From: a bacterium
Lineage (GTDB): Bacteria > Chloroflexota > Dormibacteria > Aeolococcales > Aeolococcaceae
Length of the DNA stretch: 64,000 bases
Assembly: GCA_021803465.1 (NCBI GenBank)
Contig: JAJZLL010000049.1
Coordinates: forward strand, 33,675-97,674
Direction of reading: 5' to 3'
Position numbers and translations under genes: made by a program. Within the stretch, counting starts at the first letter, position 1; each line of letters opens with the position of its first letter. The notes below the pieces were generated by a model that saw nothing but the letters and a program-made list of their open reading frames with translations, was not told the origin of the DNA and did not search any database. This document shows positions 20,701-29,428 of the stretch, piece by piece.

Positions 20701-21504
20701 GTGAGCGCTATTGTACTTGCTGTCGTAAACCAAAAGGGCGGTGTTGGCAAAACCACCACTGTCGTCAATCTCGCAGCGTCCCTTGCCGAAAAAGGCAAGA
20801 GAACGCTCATCATCGACTGTGATCCACAGGGTAACTGCACTACGGGTCTCGGGTACATTCCAGAGACAGTAAACAGCAGTGTCTACGACGTCGTCGTCCT
20901 AGGACAACCCATCACATCAGCAACCATACCAACTGCTGTGGAGAATCTCTGGCTCGTTCCTGCCACACTGCAGCTTGCAGGTGCGGAAATTGAACTTGTC
21001 GGACTTCCCCGTCGGGAGTACCGTCTGAGCTATGCGCTTGAAGCGCTTGATGAAGTCTATGACTACGTTCTCATTGACTGCCCCCCAAGCCTCGGCCTTC
21101 TCACTCTCAACGCCATAGTTGCTTCGGTGGGACTTGTTGTCCCCATACAGTGCGAGTTCTATGCTCTTCAGGGGCTGAGCCTTCTTTCGCACACGATTTC
21201 TCTCGTTCGTCAGAGCCTCAAGCCGTCGCTTGTCATCGTCGGCATCATCATGACACTGTACGATGCCCGCCTCTCACTGGCCCATCAGGTTGTTGATGAG
21301 ATTCGTGACCGGTTTGGAGACGAACTGCTTGAGCCGTTCATTCCCCGATCTGTCAGGTTGAGTGAAGCTCCAAGCCATGGACTTCCCATCACTGCTTACG
21401 ATCCAGGTGGGAAAGGAACAAAAGCGTATCTCGCAGTCGCAGACGCTCTGGAAGCACGCATTCATTCACTGTTTCCTACCATCTCGGCCATTCCTGAGGA
21501 GTAG
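20701..21504 (+). CDS. parA: Chromosome partitioning ATPase ParA/Soj
   Basis: NQKGGVGKTT, DPQGN, IDCPPSLG and LSEAPSHG. Confidence 0.96.
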   Translation: MSAIVLAVVNQKGGVGKTTTVVNLAASLAEKGKRTLIIDCDPQGNCTTGLGYIPETVNSSVYDVVVLGQPITSATIPTAVENLWLVPATLQLAGAEIELVGLPRREYRLSYALEALDEVYDYVLIDCPPSLGLLTLNAIVASVGLVVPIQCEFYALQGLSLLSHTISLVRQSLKPSLVIVGIIMTLYDARLSLAHQVVDEIRDRFGDELLEPFIPRSVRLSEAPSHGLPITAYDPGGKGTKAYLAVADALEARIHSLFPTISAIPEE

Positions 21505-21506
21505 AT

Positions 21507-22415
21507 ATGGCAACCCAGAAGCGGGGCCTGGGACGTGGGCTCGATGCACTGATTCCGCAGACCTCTGCTGCAGTGATCAATCCCCCCGCATCTGGTCTTG
21601 TCGAGATAGATCCAAAGGCAGTTGCTCCCAACCCAGAGCAGCCCCGCCAGGAGTTCGATGAGGATGAGATTGCCCGGCTCGCCAACTCCATAAGTCTGTA
21701 CGGCCTTCTCCATCCCATCGTAGTTGAGAATGTTGGAGGAGCATACCGACTTGTTGCTGGTGAGCGGAGACTTCGCGCCTGCCAGCGCCTCGGACTCACG
21801 CAGATCCCAGCCATAGTGCGTCCAACCTCTGCCAGGCGGGAGTCGCTCGAGCTCGCGCTTACCGAGAACATGTTCCGGTCAAACCTCTCTGCGATCGAGG
21901 AGGCTGCAGCGTACAACCGGCTTGCGGAAACGTTCGGACTCTCCCATGACACGATCGCATCCCGGCTCGGCAAGAGCCGTTCCACCATAACGAACACCAT
22001 CCGCCTTCTCAACCTTCCTGCACCTGTGCAGAAAGCGATCAAAGACGGACAGCTTACTGCTGGTCATGGACGCGCCATCCTCTCACTGCCCTCCGAGGAG
22101 GAACAGGTCGCCTTTGCCGCGCAGATCATCCAGAACTCCTGGAGCGTGCGTGAAACTGAGGAATACGTCCAGCATCCACCATCCGTCGCAGCGCAGAACA
22201 AGGAAGCTGCGGATCCTGGCACACAGGACAAGGGTGCGAAAAGGAATGACTCAGCTTCGGTCGAGGATGCCACATACATTCACGCCCTTGAGACAGTCGT
22301 TGGCATGCCTGTTGCGCTCCGACGCACGAGGAAAGGTGGATATCTGGTACTGAAGTTCACGGACAACGATGACCTGTCAGCGCTGTACAACAGGCTCGGC
22401 GGACCGCCTCTCTGA
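21507..22415 (+). CDS. parB: Chromosome partitioning protein ParB/Spo0J
   Basis: GLGRGLDAL, PNPEQPR, AGERRLRA and HTH LGKSRSTITN. Confidence 0.96.
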   Translation: MATQKRGLGRGLDALIPQTSAAVINPPASGLVEIDPKAVAPNPEQPRQEFDEDEIARLANSISLYGLLHPIVVENVGGAYRLVAGERRLRACQRLGLTQIPAIVRPTSARRESLELALTENMFRSNLSAIEEAAAYNRLAETFGLSHDTIASRLGKSRSTITNTIRLLNLPAPVQKAIKDGQLTAGHGRAILSLPSEEEQVAFAAQIIQNSWSVRETEEYVQHPPSVAAQNKEAADPGTQDKGAKRNDSASVEDATYIHALETVVGMPVALRRTRKGGYLVLKFTDNDDLSALYNRLGGPPL

Positions 22416-22524
22416 CCCACTCTCCTGTCCGTGTGTGAACACATCCTGTTTGCTCTTCACTTAACGACGAAAGACGGGACACAGCCCATTGACCATGCCC
22501 CGTCTTCGCGCGCCTTGGCGACTC

Positions 22525-23151
22525 TTAGCCGATTGCGCGCTCCGCTGTGCCAAGGTATCTCGACTCGGCCTTCGCAACATCAAGGTTCGCAAGGAAGGAC
22601 TCGATGTACTTGCCCCGCTCTGCTGGCTTGTAGTCCAGGAGGAATGCATGCTCCCAAACATCCATGACGATGATTGGCTTGAACCCTGCAATGTTGCCGT
22701 CCTGATGGAGGGTGATCCAATGGTTCGAAAGCCGGTTTGTCGCAGGATCAAGATAGGTTACAGCCCAGCCCACGCCACGCATGCCCCCAATTGCCGTGAA
22801 GTCACGCTTCCAGGTGTCGAGGTCCCCGAAAGATTCCGCAAGCGCACGTCCCAGGGATGAGGATGCCGCAACATCCGATCCGCCACTGCTTGTCATGTTG
22901 TCGAAGTACCACTCATGGAGCACCATGCCGTTGTACTCGAATCCGAGACGGCGGGAGAGTTCCGCATATTCAAGCGATGTCTCCTTGTGCGCCTCGGAAA
23001 GATGGAACAGCTGTTCCGTAAGGAGATTCGTGTTCTTCACATAGCCGCCATACAGACCGAAGTGCACTTCGAGTGTATGGTCAGAGATTCCCACAAGTCC
23101 CGAAAGATTGAACTCCTTCGCCTTGTAGGGTGTTTGCGTCAATAGCGCCAT
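22525..23151 (-). CDS. Fe/Mn superoxide dismutase family (ChrC-like variant)
   Basis: DVWEHAFLLDY signature; HFGLYGGYV and NGMVLHE ligand regions. Confidence 0.88.
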   Translation of the reverse strand: MALLTQTPYKAKEFNLSGLVGISDHTLEVHFGLYGGYVKNTNLLTEQLFHLSEAHKETSLEYAELSRRLGFEYNGMVLHEWYFDNMTSSGGSDVAASSSLGRALAESFGDLDTWKRDFTAIGGMRGVGWAVTYLDPATNRLSNHWITLHQDGNIAGFKPIIVMDVWEHAFLLDYKPAERGKYIESFLANLDVAKAESRYLGTAERAIG

Positions 23152-23278
23152 AGGGTTTCCTCCTGTTTGTGACGGGGATGGTCACATCTGATACTCCCCT
23201 ATTGTGCCAAAGTTCCGAGTTCTCCTGTCGGGAAAGACTGTCGAAGGCAGCGTGCATTCGTATACTGGTGATAGACAG

Positions 23279-24001
23279 ATGCAGACTCCCCAGGACACCC
23301 AGACGACACCTCCCCAGCAGGATCGACGCCAGCTTATCGCATGGCTGCGGGACTCACTTGAGATCATCATCATCGCCATCATCCTGTACTTCGTCGTCTC
23401 CAACATCATCTTCACAGTGCGGGTGGATGGCACAAGCATGGAACCTGGTCTTCAGACAGGGAATCTCCTCATTGTCAACAAGGCTGCCCTCACACTCGGC
23501 ACTCCGCAGCGTGGTGACATCGTTATTCTCAATCCGCCCATTCAGAGTTCGAACGACTTCATCAAGCGCATCATCGGACTTCCTGGAGATGTCATCGAGA
23601 TAGATGGAACCGTGAGCCCCACAAGGATACTGATCAAGCCCGGTGGCAAAGGCCCTTGGGAACAGCTCGTGGAACCGTATCTTCCCTCCGTTCCATGGAC
23701 AGTGCGGAACATGTGCTGCACCCCTGGAGGAGAAGCGTCCGCAATCCCTGCACCTGTCACCGTTCCACCGCACGAGTACTTTGTTCTGGGTGACAACCGC
23801 AACGTCTCGGAGGATTCACGCATCTTCGGTTTCGTGAAGCAGAAAGACATCTTCGCTGTCGCCATTTTCCGGCTCTTCCCGTTCAACGAGTGGGGTACTC
23901 TTGGCGACACACCAACGCTTGTTCCCGTTCCCCAGGCGCTGTCCACCACAGCGCTTCCCGGTTCACATAGAAGCATGCATGATATCGCACGAAGCGCATA
24001 A
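23279..24001 (+). CDS. lepB: Signal peptidase I
   Basis: TM helix followed by GTSMEP, FIKRIIGLPGD and GDNRNVSEDSR. Confidence 0.95.
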   Translation: MQTPQDTQTTPPQQDRRQLIAWLRDSLEIIIIAIILYFVVSNIIFTVRVDGTSMEPGLQTGNLLIVNKAALTLGTPQRGDIVILNPPIQSSNDFIKRIIGLPGDVIEIDGTVSPTRILIKPGGKGPWEQLVEPYLPSVPWTVRNMCCTPGGEASAIPAPVTVPPHEYFVLGDNRNVSEDSRIFGFVKQKDIFAVAIFRLFPFNEWGTLGDTPTLVPVPQALSTTALPGSHRSMHDIARSA

Positions 24002-24022
24002 GTAGCGCGCTGCGAGTATTAT

Positions 24023-24490
24023 CTACGAGGGAACCGCGATCTCCTCAACGATCCAGCCATCGACATTGCGCTTCCAGGAAACGAGTTCCTGCTTCGTGAA
24101 GAAGAGCCCAACCTCAACTTCTGCCCGGGATGGCGAGTCGCTTCCATGGACAATGTTCCGTGCGACATCTATGCCATATGTTCCACGGATCGTTCCTGGC
24201 TGGGCCTGCGCAGGATGCGTTGCACCCATGAGCTTCCGCCCGACTGCGACAGCATCCGGGCCCTCCCACACCATCGCAACAATGGGAGAAGACGTGATGA
24301 AGCTGACGAGACCCTCGTAAAAACCCTTTCCCTTGTGCTCTGCGTAGTGCTCTTCCGCAAGCTCCCGTGAAACCTGCATGAACTTGAGACCCACGCACTT
24401 GAGGCCCGTTCTCTCGAAGGTGCCAATGATCTCACCCATGAGCCCGCGCTGCACACCATCAGGTTTGATGAGTATGAGTGTCCGTTCCAT
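24023..24490 (-). CDS. ndk: Nucleoside diphosphate kinase
   Basis: MERTLILIKPDGVQR, PGTIRG and NIVHGSDS. Confidence 0.97.
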   Translation of the reverse strand: MERTLILIKPDGVQRGLMGEIIGTFERTGLKCVGLKFMQVSRELAEEHYAEHKGKGFYEGLVSFITSSPIVAMVWEGPDAVAVGRKLMGATHPAQAQPGTIRGTYGIDVARNIVHGSDSPSRAEVEVGLFFTKQELVSWKRNVDGWIVEEIAVPS

Positions 24491-24559
24491 TGTTCCAGTC
24501 CCCTTCCTCACGAAATGTCCAGTATCACCCAATCGTACCTGAACGGAGCACCCCGGTTG

Positions 24560-25867
24560 CTACAGCCTGCTGTTCCGCCTCTCCACACGCTCCTGCAGCA
24601 GCTCCCTCATGGGCAACGGTCCATCCACTGCGCACGAGATCTCCTGTGCCTGCACAATGTCATGGAGCACAGTCACCACCTCGTCCTCCGTCACAGCCTC
24701 AATGCGGTCCGCAAGCTCCTCCGGCTGGAGGATGCGTCCGAGGAGAATCTCCTGCTCACAGAGGTACTCCGCGACTGCACCCGTGTCCTCGAGTCCCAGG
24801 GCTAGATGTCCTAGGAGGTAGTCTTTCGCCTTTCGCAGCTCCTCTTGCCTGACTCCTCCTTCGACCATGCGGTCCACCGTGTCAAGAGCAGCATCCCACG
24901 CCTCCACTGCAGCATCCGGATCACATGCGAACGCAATGGTGGCATCCCCTGCATCGCAGTAGTTCGTCATGGCTGCCCTGACGTCATACACGAGGCCCGC
25001 ATCCTCACGCAACCGGACAAACAGCCGAGATGACATGCCATCTCCAAGAATGGTGAGCGCAAGGTCCAGAGGAAACCTTCGGTCATCCGTATATGCAAGT
25101 CCCCGTGTCCCCAGCACAACATTCGTCTGCTCCGCATCCCTTGGATTCCACACGAACGATTTCTGGACAGCGGGAGGCGGATCTGAAGTCCGAGATGAGG
25201 GACCACGGGAGCTGCCCAGATGCTTCAACCGCTCCTCCACACTCCGGAGCACACTGTCTCCCGAGCACCCCCCCGTCACGCAGACCACTGCCTGTTCTGG
25301 TCTGTACTCTTCCCCGTGGAAACTCAGCACCTGACTGCGGGTAAGCTGCATGACAGACTCTTCATCGCCAGCCACATCACGGCCGAGCGCATGATGGGGC
25401 CACAGGGCCTCGTCAAACAGGGACTCCACATAGTCCTGTGGAGAATCCTTGTACATGCGAAGCTCCTCAATGACTACCCTCTTCTCCTTGGGGATATCCT
25501 CCTCACGGAATGCGGGTTCAAGAACAATGTCCGCCAGCACATCCCAGGCCTGCTCCCAAGATCCTTTGGGAACCCGGGTCCAAAAGGCTGTCTGCTCGCG
25601 GTCTGTCGATGCGTTGATTGCACCCCCAATCCGCTCAATGGCTTCAGCCACTGCATGAGCAGAACGCCATCTCTGTCCGCCCTTGAACACGAGATGTTCA
25701 ATGAAGTGGGCAATGCCCTCTTCCTTTGGACGTTCCACACGGGAGCCTATGTTCACTGCAAAGACAGTGGAGCAGGACACGCGTCCTGCCATCGGGCAGA
25801 CGATCACGCGAAGACCAGACGGAAGGACTGATCTCTCAACAGCTAGCCTCGGGAGTTCCACTTCCAC
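24560..25867 (-). CDS. M16 (pitrilysin-family) zinc peptidase
   Basis: GIAHFIEH (HxxEH), INAST and GMSSRLF..LRE..GLVY. Confidence 0.93.
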   Translation of the reverse strand: MEVELPRLAVERSVLPSGLRVIVCPMAGRVSCSTVFAVNIGSRVERPKEEGIAHFIEHLVFKGGQRWRSAHAVAEAIERIGGAINASTDREQTAFWTRVPKGSWEQAWDVLADIVLEPAFREEDIPKEKRVVIEELRMYKDSPQDYVESLFDEALWPHHALGRDVAGDEESVMQLTRSQVLSFHGEEYRPEQAVVCVTGGCSGDSVLRSVEERLKHLGSSRGPSSRTSDPPPAVQKSFVWNPRDAEQTNVVLGTRGLAYTDDRRFPLDLALTILGDGMSSRLFVRLREDAGLVYDVRAAMTNYCDAGDATIAFACDPDAAVEAWDAALDTVDRMVEGGVRQEELRKAKDYLLGHLALGLEDTGAVAEYLCEQEILLGRILQPEELADRIEAVTEDEVVTVLHDIVQAQEISCAVDGPLPMRELLQERVERRNSRL

Positions 25868-25879
25868 GTTCCTGTACGC

Positions 25880-26683
25880 CTACCTGTCGTAATGGGAACC
25901 GTTTCTCCGGCCCTGGCCCCACTGGCTTCTGTTGCCGTATGCGCTGCCAGGACGTCGTGTCGCATTCTCGGGATTGGTGGGAATGACTGCCACCCGGCGC
26001 CGGGGCTCAGCCCCTGTGCTTTCCGTCCGGACCCCCTCCTCCTCCTGGAGAGTCACGTGGACCACGCGACGCTCATAGGGCTGCATTGGATCGAGAACGT
26101 ACCGCTCGCCGGTTTCCCTGACGCGCTGCGCAATCCTGTGGGCAAGACTCCGTACATACTCCTCACGTCGGAGCCGGTACCGCTCCACATCAATGTAGAC
26201 CTTGCGGGCGGAGTCGTCATCACTCGCAATCATGAGATGGATGAGTGTCTGGATGGCCTGGAGCGTCTCTCCTCTCCAGCCAATGAGGAGACCAAGATCG
26301 TCACCACTCACATCAAGAATGACTGGTGGCACATCTCCTGCTGGATGGCTTCCAAGATGGCCCCTCCTCGCTGTGATTGTGGCCTCGGCACCCATCTTGT
26401 CAAGCAGTCCAGAAAGAATTTCCCTGGCATGACTTGTGAGAGCATCCATCTTCCAGACTCGTACTTTGGCACGTGATCCGGAAACGGTCTCGCCGGGAAG
26501 TGCTGTGACGCCCTGGGAGAGAACGAGCACCTCCGCATCCAGTTCCTCAATGCCAAGCTTTGCGCACGCCTGAGCGACCGCTTCATCGACCGTGTCTGCC
26601 GCTTCCTCCAGCCCGCCATCATTGACAGGGACTGTCTGGACATAACCAGACTCGACCTGCTGTGTTGTGTCATCCATCTCCAT
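25880..26683 (-). CDS. jag: Jag/EloR (KhpB) RNA-binding protein
   Basis: KH motif GLLIGWRGETL and R3H motif ERRVVH; lies downstream of yidC. Confidence 0.92.
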   Translation of the reverse strand: MEMDDTTQQVESGYVQTVPVNDGGLEEAADTVDEAVAQACAKLGIEELDAEVLVLSQGVTALPGETVSGSRAKVRVWKMDALTSHAREILSGLLDKMGAEATITARRGHLGSHPAGDVPPVILDVSGDDLGLLIGWRGETLQAIQTLIHLMIASDDDSARKVYIDVERYRLRREEYVRSLAHRIAQRVRETGERYVLDPMQPYERRVVHVTLQEEEGVRTESTGAEPRRRVAVIPTNPENATRRPGSAYGNRSQWGQGRRNGSHYDR

Positions 26684-26728
26684 GTGTACTCCTCACCTTC
26701 GTGCTGTGTATTGGGTATCGCTAGGATG

Positions 26729-27646
26729 TCAGCTTTTCGAAGCAGCCTTTGCTGCCCCTCCCGTGCCCTTGCTACGGATTCGCTCCTCGATGCGCTTCTC
26801 CCGACGGGCAATGAGCTCCGCAGTACGCTTTGTGCCTGGGAACCAGGAGGGAACCGTAAGGTTTCCCCACCCCATGATCACGTACTGCTGGATAACGCTG
26901 AAGACAGTGATCGTGAGGTAGTAGAGCACAAGGCCCTGGGAGAACTCAAGTGCAAAAACAAAGAGCATGATGCCCGAGATTGCCCCCATCGACTTTCCCA
27001 TTGATGCGCCCATCTGCTGCTGCTGGTCCGTTGCTCCGGGAATGTTTGTCTGTCCAATCATGCGGAACTGCATGAAGGAAAGAATGCCCGTCACGACGGG
27101 AAGGAGAAAGAGGTCGATATGGATCACTATCGCGGGTATCATCCCGATGATGCCGCCCTGCACGCCATGGCAGCACGCGGTGAGTGCGGACTTGCTGAGA
27201 TCCGGAATCCAGAGAAACCCAGGATGCACGCGTATGTGCGCCGATGCGGAACGGATGGCATCGTACATTGCGAAGAGGAATGGAATCTGGATGAGAAGGG
27301 GCAGGCAGCCCGCAAGGTTCGCATACGGACTCATGCCAAGATCCTTGTACATCTTCATCATTTCACGGTTGAGCGCTTGGGGATCCCCCTTATGCTTCTT
27401 CCGCAGCTCCTTGAGCCGTGGCCCAAGGATCGTGTTGTCCGCAGCCATGTTGAGCTGTGTCTGGTACTGCCATCGAAAGAGGGGAAGGAGTATGAGGCGA
27501 ATCACAATCGTCACGATGAGAATGGCAAGCCCGAATGCGCCAACCGCATTCGCTGCCGGATTGCCAGCCAGCCAGTTTGCCAGATGCTCAATCGACCACT
27601 GGATGAGATTGTAGATCCCGACAAACGGTGCGATGATTGGGTTCAT
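26729..27646 (-). CDS. yidC: Membrane protein insertase YidC
   Basis: IRLILLPL, GCLPLLIQIP, FLWIPDLS and GLVLYY...QQY. Confidence 0.94.
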   Translation of the reverse strand: MNPIIAPFVGIYNLIQWSIEHLANWLAGNPAANAVGAFGLAILIVTIVIRLILLPLFRWQYQTQLNMAADNTILGPRLKELRKKHKGDPQALNREMMKMYKDLGMSPYANLAGCLPLLIQIPFLFAMYDAIRSASAHIRVHPGFLWIPDLSKSALTACCHGVQGGIIGMIPAIVIHIDLFLLPVVTGILSFMQFRMIGQTNIPGATDQQQQMGASMGKSMGAISGIMLFVFALEFSQGLVLYYLTITVFSVIQQYVIMGWGNLTVPSWFPGTKRTAELIARREKRIEERIRSKGTGGAAKAASKS

Positions 27647-27963
27647 TGCTCCTTCTTCCTCGCTTGACGGTCACGCTTCAGACGCCGCGCGTCTCGCCAT
27701 GACATGTAGACATCTGGAACGGGGTCATATCCATAGCCCCCAAACGGTTGGCACCGAGCTATCCGACGCAGGGCGAGCCACCACCCACGTCTCCATCCAA
27801 ATCGCTCTATTGAAGTATACGCATATTGGGAACATGTCGGAGTGTACCTGCAGGAGCTCATGACGCCAAACACTGGGGAGAGCGTGTGCTTGTAGATCCT
27901 GATGACAATGAGGCTTGCCCTGGCTGCCAGGCCAGGGCGGTGGGGCTCAGATGTTGACATCAT
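27643..27963 (-). CDS. yidD: Membrane protein insertion efficiency factor YidD
   Basis: CRYTPTCSQY, RIARCQPF and GYDPVP. Confidence 0.94.
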   Translation of the reverse strand: MMSTSEPHRPGLAARASLIVIRIYKHTLSPVFGVMSSCRYTPTCSQYAYTSIERFGWRRGWWLALRRIARCQPFGGYGYDPVPDVYMSWRDARRLKRDRQARKKEQ

Positions 27964-28321
27964 TGGCCACCTGGGAAGCAGGAATGCGCCTGAGTACGCC
28001 CTCGATCTCGGCGAGCAGCCTGTTCCAGGGAAGCTGGGCCACCTGCTCATCCCCCACAAGAACAATGTCACAACCGCTGGCAAGGCAATACCTCAACTCA
28101 TGGAGTGCTGCCTTGAGCCGTCTCCGGATCCGGTTCCTTCTCACTGCACCCTTCATCTTCCGTGAAGACACGGCAAACCTGACTTCTGCATCAGCAGGAT
28201 CATGCATGTGCACGAAGACTGCAACAGACCCAACGCGCCTGCGCACACCCTGTCTCCTCACCCGGCTGACCTCTGTCTTTGGAGTTAGCCGTGTCCACGT
28301 CTGTGTGGCTACTTGCCCCAT
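27947..28321 (-). CDS. rnpA: Ribonuclease P protein component
   Basis: RNR motif [12 protein letters not shown]; lies between rpmH and yidD. Confidence 0.9.
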   Translation of the reverse strand: MGQVATQTWTRLTPKTEVSRVRRQGVRRRVGSVAVFVHMHDPADAEVRFAVSSRKMKGAVRRNRIRRRLKAALHELRYCLASGCDIVLVGDEQVAQLPWNRLLAEIEGVLRRIPASQVANDVNI

Positions 28322-28455
28322 GACGGAGTGAGCACCTTCCGTCCCTTCAGGCGGCGAGCCTTGATAACACGACGGCCACCAGGACTTGACATCCGGACCA
28401 TGAATCCGTGGGTCTTTCCCCAATACCGGCGCTTTGGTTGAAAAGTTCGTTTCAT
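28309..28455 (-). CDS. rpmH: 50S ribosomal protein L34
   Basis: Manual translation gives [48 protein letters not shown]; below the ORF-track length cutoff. Confidence 0.97.
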   Translation of the reverse strand: MKRTFQPKRRYWGKTHGFMVRMSSPGGRRVIKARRLKGRKVLTPSWGK

Positions 28456-28473
28456 CTTGCCCTGTACCCTGCG

Positions 28474-28482
28474 TTATCCACC
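28474..28482 (+). promoter_or_regulatory. DnaA-box-like 9-mer upstream of rpmH
   Basis: TTATCCACC, one mismatch to TTATCCACA; lies between the rpmH TATACT -10 (28502-28507, minus strand) and its ATG. Confidence 0.5.
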
Positions 28483-28540
28483 ACTCTGGTGCGTACCCTT
28501 CAGTATACACAAGGCAGCATGTTCTCCCGCACTCAGGTGG

Positions 28541-29017
28541 CTAGAGGCTTTCGAGGACAGCTCTGTCCACCTCTGCGCTTGCTGCTTCCCGCTTCTTCCA
28601 TTCCCGGTCGTTGACAACCTCCCGCACGACATGGGAAAGATCGCAGAGGTTTCCCTCTTCCCGTGCCTGCCCGCATGCCGACCAGGTTGTCGATTGCGTC
28701 CCGTCCGTCCAGGTAAGACTGTCCAGGCTTGGTGCTGCAGCAAGTGTGAGCGTCGCACCAGTCCTCGTGGTGGCAGTGAGCACTGTCTCCCGGGATCCTG
28801 CTGGCTGCGGAACCTCGTCCCATATCAGCCTGCCCTGCCGTGTGAGCGCAATGACTGCTGCAAACACCTGGACGCCTCTCATGTCGTGATCTGGTGCGTT
28901 CCCATTCCCAACTTGCTCCGCATTATTGCTGTGCATGTCTTCCATCACCAACTCCTTTTCCGCTTTACCCTGTTCCTTTCGGGGCGTTCCGTTGCACCAT
29001 CGTATGCTATCCTTCAC
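28541..29017 (-). CDS. Hypothetical protein
   Basis: 158-aa ORF in the rpmH-dnaA interval; true start may be internal. Confidence 0.5.
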   Translation of the reverse strand: MKDSIRWCNGTPRKEQGKAEKELVMEDMHSNNAEQVGNGNAPDHDMRGVQVFAAVIALTRQGRLIWDEVPQPAGSRETVLTATTRTGATLTLAAAPSLDSLTWTDGTQSTTWSACGQAREEGNLCDLSHVVREVVNDREWKKREAASAEVDRAVLESL

Positions 29018-29428
29018 GATTCCTCGCAGCAGTCCCGTCCGCCAATGGGCTGCACGCCTGGAGAAACTCCATCAATGGTGCCCTTATGGATGACTGCACG
29101 TGATTCGCAAGATCCTCTCACACATTGGGCAACCTGCTCATCCATCAGGCGAAGGAACCAGGCATCTGGCCCGATGGAGTGCAGACAAACATGATCAAGG
29201 CTCCCGAGCAGGGCGCAGCAACCTGGACTTCCGGAAGCGCTATGCTGCCTGCAGCTTCAAGTGCCGAATGATCATGGGCCACTGCGCAATTCCCTCTGCA
29301 TTACCCCATGCTGTCTTCGCAGTATATCCACCCTGCTGGGACATGCTGACGGACAGTGTCGCAGCGTGAAGGAAGGTTGCCGCTTTGTCCGTGCCACGTC
29401 CGTGTCAGAAGGCTTAAACCAGAGACAA

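Noticed and set aside
29100..29369. 89-aa ORF upstream of the AAA gene
   Set aside because: No RBS or motif, and the composition is not convincingly protein-like.
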